From Akkermansiaceae bacterium (lineage in GTDB: Bacteria > Verrucomicrobiota > Verrucomicrobiia > Verrucomicrobiales > Akkermansiaceae): 64,000 nt of DNA. The translations under genes were made by a program, and so were the position numbers. Positions 59,811-64,000 of this stretch are shown one piece after another. Under the pieces are notes generated by a model. That model saw only the letters and a program-made list of their open reading frames with translations, was not told the DNA's origin and did no database searches. The stretch covers positions 256,001 through 320,000 of the forward strand of contig JBPOGF010000001.1 of assembly GCA_051251915.1 (NCBI GenBank), in the 5' to 3' direction. Each line of letters begins with the position of its first letter. The stretch's first letter is position 1.

Positions 59811-62800
59811 ATGACACTCAACGAAATTTTCCTCAAGGACGTAGGCCGACCTATCGATGGCGTTATCAAAGCAGACAGTTCCACAAGTCTGCAAAATGAA
59901 GTCGAAGAATACGTGCTGACTCAGGGAGTAGAGAAGAACCTCGAAACTTTCCTCTCTGCCTATAACAATTACGAAACAGCTAATGGTGTTTGGATCTCTG
60001 GTTTCTTTGGTTCTGGTAAATCGCACCTTCTCAAGATGCTTGCCTTCGTTCTGGAGAACCATCAGCTCGAAAATGGCAATACCGCAGACATTTTCCTAAC
60101 TAAGCTGAGCGACAACGAATTCCTCCGTGCGGATTTAGAAAAGGCAGTCAAGTTGCCATCCAAGAGCATTCTCTTTAATATCGACCAAAAAGCTGACACC
60201 AGCCAGAAAAACCAAGCTGATGCGCTGCTCTCTGTTTTCATGAAGGTCTTCAATGAAATGTGCGGTTACTACGGCAGGCAGCCCTACATCGCACAGTTCG
60301 AGCGTGATCTGGACTCTCGAGACCTCTTTCAGCCATTCCGTGAGGCCTTTGAGAAGCATGCAGGGAAATCCTGGGAGACTGGTCGTGAGCAAGTCATTTT
60401 CGAAGGTGAAAGTGTCGCCGCAGCTTACAGTGAAGTCACAGGTCAGTCTGCTGAGCATGGCAAGGGCATTTTAGATAAATACCGAGATGATCAGACCCTC
60501 ACCATTGAGGATTTTGCTAAGCATGTATATGACTACATCCAGCAACAGCCAGCAGGATTCCGTCTTAATTTCTTTGTCGATGAAGTAGGTCAATACATCG
60601 CTGACAACGTCAAGCTGATGACTAATCTGCAGACCGTGGCAGAGAGCCTTAATACCAAATGCCGCGGCCAAGCTTGGATCATCGTTACTGCGCAGCAAGA
60701 TATGCAAGCCGTGGTTGGAGAGCTGAAGGGTGGAGGGCCTAACGATTTTACCAAGATCATGGCACGCTTCTCTATCCGCATGAGCCTCACGAGTCAGAAT
60801 GTGGAAGAGGTCATTCAGAAGCGCCTGCTAAGCAAGGCAGAATCCGCGGAGCCTAGACTCACCAGCCTTTACGAGCAACAGGAGAATAACTTCAAGACAC
60901 TATTTGACTTTGCGGACGGCTCGGCGAACTACAAGAACTTCCAAGACCAAGAGCATTTTATCAATTGTTACCCGTTCATTCCCTACCAGTTTGATCTTTT
61001 TCAGGCTGCCATTGAGAATCTCTCGGTGCACAATGCTTTTACTGGTAAGCATGCGTCTGTGGGTGAGCGTTCTATGCTCGATGTCTTCCAGCGAGTTGCC
61101 ATCGAGATTCGCAAGGATGATATTGGCCGCCTTGCTACCTTTGACCGCATGTTCCACGGTATCCGTGCGACCTTGTTAGGGCCGATTCAGAGTCCTATTC
61201 TGAGAGCAGAAAAGCACCTCGATCACAACTCTACCGCGATTAGTTTACTCAAGGCACTGTTCCTAATTAAATTCGTCAAGGAATTCAAGCCCACTATCCG
61301 CAATCTCAGCATCCTCATGCTCGATAGCTTCACTACAGACCCTATCAAGCATCAGAAAAAAGTCGAAGAGGCTCTGAATATTCTGGAGAACCAGACATAC
61401 ATCCAGCGCAATGGTCCGCATTACGAGTATCTCACCAACGAAGAAAAAAACGTCGAAGAAGCCATCAAAAGCACCTCAGTAGATCATCAAGACAACATCA
61501 AGTTGCTCGATGACATCATCTTTGATAAAATCCTTAACTCACGTAAAATCCGCTTTGAGGACAACAAGCAAGACTTCAGCTTCGGTAAGAAGATCGATGA
61601 CAATGCATGCTCACAGCAGCAGGAACTCACCATTCACGTCATCTCACCATTCTCTGAACACGCGGGTGACTACACCACTATCCAGTCACACAGCACCGGA
61701 CGGGATGAGCTCGTCATCGCTCTGCCTGCTGATGACCGTTTAGCCAAGGATCTTGCACTCTATCTCAAGACTGAGAAATACATACGGATCAATTCCTCTA
61801 ACAGCATTCAGGAATCAGTCAGGCGTATTCTCATCGAGCGTCAGGAGCAGAATAAGAATCGCTTTCAGAACCTCCGCACAGCACTTGCCGAATATATCAC
61901 TAACGCTAAAATATTTGTCGCCGGCACTGCAATCGATGCTCCATCACAAGACGCCAAGAGCTGTATCATCCTGGCATTCAATCAGCTTATCGACCGCACT
62001 TATACTAATCTCAAGCTTCTTCGTGGCCACGGCTACGCCGAGACAGACATAGCCTCCATTCTCAGCACCGACATGCTCAGTGGAGATAGTGGTGAGGTGT
62101 ATGAACCAGAGCGTGAAATCCTTAATTTTCTTCAGCTCCAGAAGACCCAGAGCCTGCGCACCACCATCAAGAGTATTGTTGATCACTTCGAGCGCAAGCC
62201 CTATGGCTGGAGCTACCCGGCCATCCTCTGCCAGCTTGCTCATCTCGTCAGAAAAAACAAGATAGAGCTCACTCAAGATGCGCACATGATCGATGTCAGT
62301 GAGGTCGAGTCCACACTGCGCAATGGCCAGCGCCATACCCAAGTCCACGTGCAGACGCTCAGCACATACACGAATAAGCAGATCCGTGACCTAAAGGACT
62401 TCCACAATGAATTCTTTAACAAGACACCTAGCACAGATGCCAAGCAGCTGGCTTTAGACACCATTGATGGCTTTTCTACTCGTCATCAAGATCTGGAATT
62501 ATTACTGGCACAGGAGCGGAGTTATCCATTCCTAGCCCAGCTACGTGAGTTCAGCACTGAGATTGGCGATATTAAAAACAAGACCTACACCTGGTGCTAC
62601 GAGAAACTCCCGAAGCTATCTGAAGATCTGCTTGCAGATAAAGAAGAACTCTACGATCCCATCAGCGCCTTCATGACTGGTTCCCAGCGTGAGAACTATG
62701 ACGCCGCAGTGAAGCTTCTCGCCAACAATGAATCAAACTTCACCCACCCAGCAAATGCCCAGCTTGCCAGCGAGCTAAAGACCCTCACCGCTGCCAAGGA

Positions 62801-63344
62801 TATCTACATTGGCAGACAGTCCACTCAGCTTAAATCTCTCACCGATCAGCTAGAAAACCTACTCAATCAGCAGCTAGAGCAAGAGCGTAAGAAAGCTCTA
62901 GACATCCTCCACGACAAGGAAAACAAACTCGTAGAGCTAGAGAACTTCACCAAGTTCACAGAAAGCGAACAGCAAAACATCCGCCAAATCATCCGCAGTG
63001 TAGAAGCATCCATCAAGACTCAGCATCTTCAAGGCCTGATTCGTGACTCTATCCGCAGTTTTGAAGACAGCACCTACCAGCAGATCCTCCAGAAAATCAT
63101 CGCCGGACCGCCAACAAAGTCCCAGATCGACTACAAAGAAGCATTAGCCAAAGATGATGAAAAGAAAGGCACTGATAAAAGCCAGATCAACGACGCCCGC
63201 AACACCACCATCGCCCTCCGAGACCTCAAGCCCAGCTATAGTAGTCCCATCTTGAGTAATGAGCAGGATATTGATACCTATTTAGAAGCTTTGAAGAACG
63301 CAATGCTCTCCGAAATAAACGATAAGCGGAAAATCATGTTGTAG
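59811..63344 (+). CDS. brxC: BREX P-loop ATPase BrxC
   Basis: IF.KDV.RPIDGVIKAD, EEYVLT, VWISGFFGSGKSHLLKML, FFVDEVGQY, VTAQQ, YPFIPYQ, GERSML. Confidence 0.95.
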   Translation: MTLNEIFLKDVGRPIDGVIKADSSTSLQNEVEEYVLTQGVEKNLETFLSAYNNYETANGVWISGFFGSGKSHLLKMLAFVLENHQLENGNTADIFLTKLSDNEFLRADLEKAVKLPSKSILFNIDQKADTSQKNQADALLSVFMKVFNEMCGYYGRQPYIAQFERDLDSRDLFQPFREAFEKHAGKSWETGREQVIFEGESVAAAYSEVTGQSAEHGKGILDKYRDDQTLTIEDFAKHVYDYIQQQPAGFRLNFFVDEVGQYIADNVKLMTNLQTVAESLNTKCRGQAWIIVTAQQDMQAVVGELKGGGPNDFTKIMARFSIRMSLTSQNVEEVIQKRLLSKAESAEPRLTSLYEQQENNFKTLFDFADGSANYKNFQDQEHFINCYPFIPYQFDLFQAAIENLSVHNAFTGKHASVGERSMLDVFQRVAIEIRKDDIGRLATFDRMFHGIRATLLGPIQSPILRAEKHLDHNSTAISLLKALFLIKFVKEFKPTIRNLSILMLDSFTTDPIKHQKKVEEALNILENQTYIQRNGPHYEYLTNEEKNVEEAIKSTSVDHQDNIKLLDDIIFDKILNSRKIRFEDNKQDFSFGKKIDDNACSQQQELTIHVISPFSEHAGDYTTIQSHSTGRDELVIALPADDRLAKDLALYLKTEKYIRINSSNSIQESVRRILIERQEQNKNRFQNLRTALAEYITNAKIFVAGTAIDAPSQDAKSCIILAFNQLIDRTYTNLKLLRGHGYAETDIASILSTDMLSGDSGEVYEPEREILNFLQLQKTQSLRTTIKSIVDHFERKPYGWSYPAILCQLAHLVRKNKIELTQDAHMIDVSEVESTLRNGQRHTQVHVQTLSTYTNKQIRDLKDFHNEFFNKTPSTDAKQLALDTIDGFSTRHQDLELLLAQERSYPFLAQLREFSTEIGDIKNKTYTWCYEKLPKLSEDLLADKEELYDPISAFMTGSQRENYDAAVKLLANNESNFTHPANAQLASELKTLTAAKDIYIGRQSTQLKSLTDQLENLLNQQLEQERKKALDILHDKENKLVELENFTKFTESEQQNIRQIIRSVEASIKTQHLQGLIRDSIRSFEDSTYQQILQKIIAGPPTKSQIDYKEALAKDDEKKGTDKSQINDARNTTIALRDLKPSYSSPILSNEQDIDTYLEALKNAMLSEINDKRKIML

Positions 63345-63421
63345 TGGGATCTTATTTACTACTCAATAGCTAAGCGAATCATCTACCTAGGCACAATACT
63401 AATACTGAAGTAATTACTCTT

Positions 63422-64000
63422 ATGATAGACAAAATATATCTCACAAACTTTTCAACCTTCCGAGATTTAGATGTAGATTTCTCCTCACAAATTAATGTGA
63501 TTATAGGAGAGAATGGATGTGGCAAAACTCAGTTGCTTAAGTCGATCTACGCCGCAAATCAAGCTGCGGTTGTTCTTAATCAGAAACCTAAAGATATAAG
63601 AAGAGTTCTTCTTTCTATTTTCCTGAACATCTTCAACCCATCTGAAGAAAAGATAAGCTTCCTTAGAAATAGAGAGACTACGGACGAGAGCTATATGAAA
63701 GTAGCTCTCTCTGACGGGGCTAAGTTTGAGATAAACTTTAACTATAAAAACGAATTCCCTCATGTTACTCTTGAGCATTCAATCAATAACACTGATGCTG
63801 GGGTATTTATTCCTACTAAAGAAGTGTTATCCTTTATTAATGCATATTTGTTTGATGAGGATATTCAAAAGAAAATTCATCAGTTTTTTGATGCTACCTA
63901 CCTAGATCTCATTAAGAAAATTGCTCAGCCTGAGAATGAAGAAGTAGAGGAGCGTGTGCAATGGATGATTTCCAATCTTACCAATAAAGTCGGCGGGCTC
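63422..64000 (+). CDS. AAA/ABC-type ATPase (AAA_21/AAA_15-like), partial; runs off the window end
   Basis: Not in the ORF track. Translates as MIDKIYLTNFSTFRDLDVDFSSQINVIIGENGCGKTQLLKSIY...FIPTKEVL and stays open to 64000. Confidence 0.88.
   Translation, partial: MIDKIYLTNFSTFRDLDVDFSSQINVIIGENGCGKTQLLKSIYAANQAAVVLNQKPKDIRRVLLSIFLNIFNPSEEKISFLRNRETTDESYMKVALSDGAKFEINFNYKNEFPHVTLEHSINNTDAGVFIPTKEVLSFINAYLFDEDIQKKIHQFFDATYLDLIKKIAQPENEEVEERVQWMISNLTNKVGGL

Overview
Chromosomal segment of a Verrucomicrobia-like bacterium (inferred from gene content: ECF sigma/Ser-Thr kinase pair, vWA/BatA proteins, secretin-like orphan, PVC-type hypotheticals). Most of it is housekeeping: hemA-hemC-hemD, mdh, ribF, selD, acpP, accA, mutS, cardiolipin synthase-like PLD, metH, hemH, xerD, rsmI, lptE, bamD. 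Accessory parts are a rhodanese/persulfide-dioxygenase operon ending in a decayed TauE gene, an EamA + ABC exporter unit, the GAPDH-ArsJ arsenate module, and the start of a type I BREX locus (brxA, brxB, brxC) followed by an AAA/ABC ATPase. Features the ORF track misses: (1) a full leader-peptide attenuator (23-aa uORF with alternative 1:2, 2:3 and 3:4 hairpins) upstream of the EamA-ABC unit; (2) one in-frame UGA inside a hairpin splitting that ABC exporter; (3) a selenocysteine-encoding selD with a SECIS-like hairpin; (4) a Pho-box-like repeat upstream of gap-arsJ; (5) a strong G/T strand skew that reverses at BREX; (6) repeated leaderless-type promoter geometry. All calls come from reading the sequence; no searches or folding programs were run.
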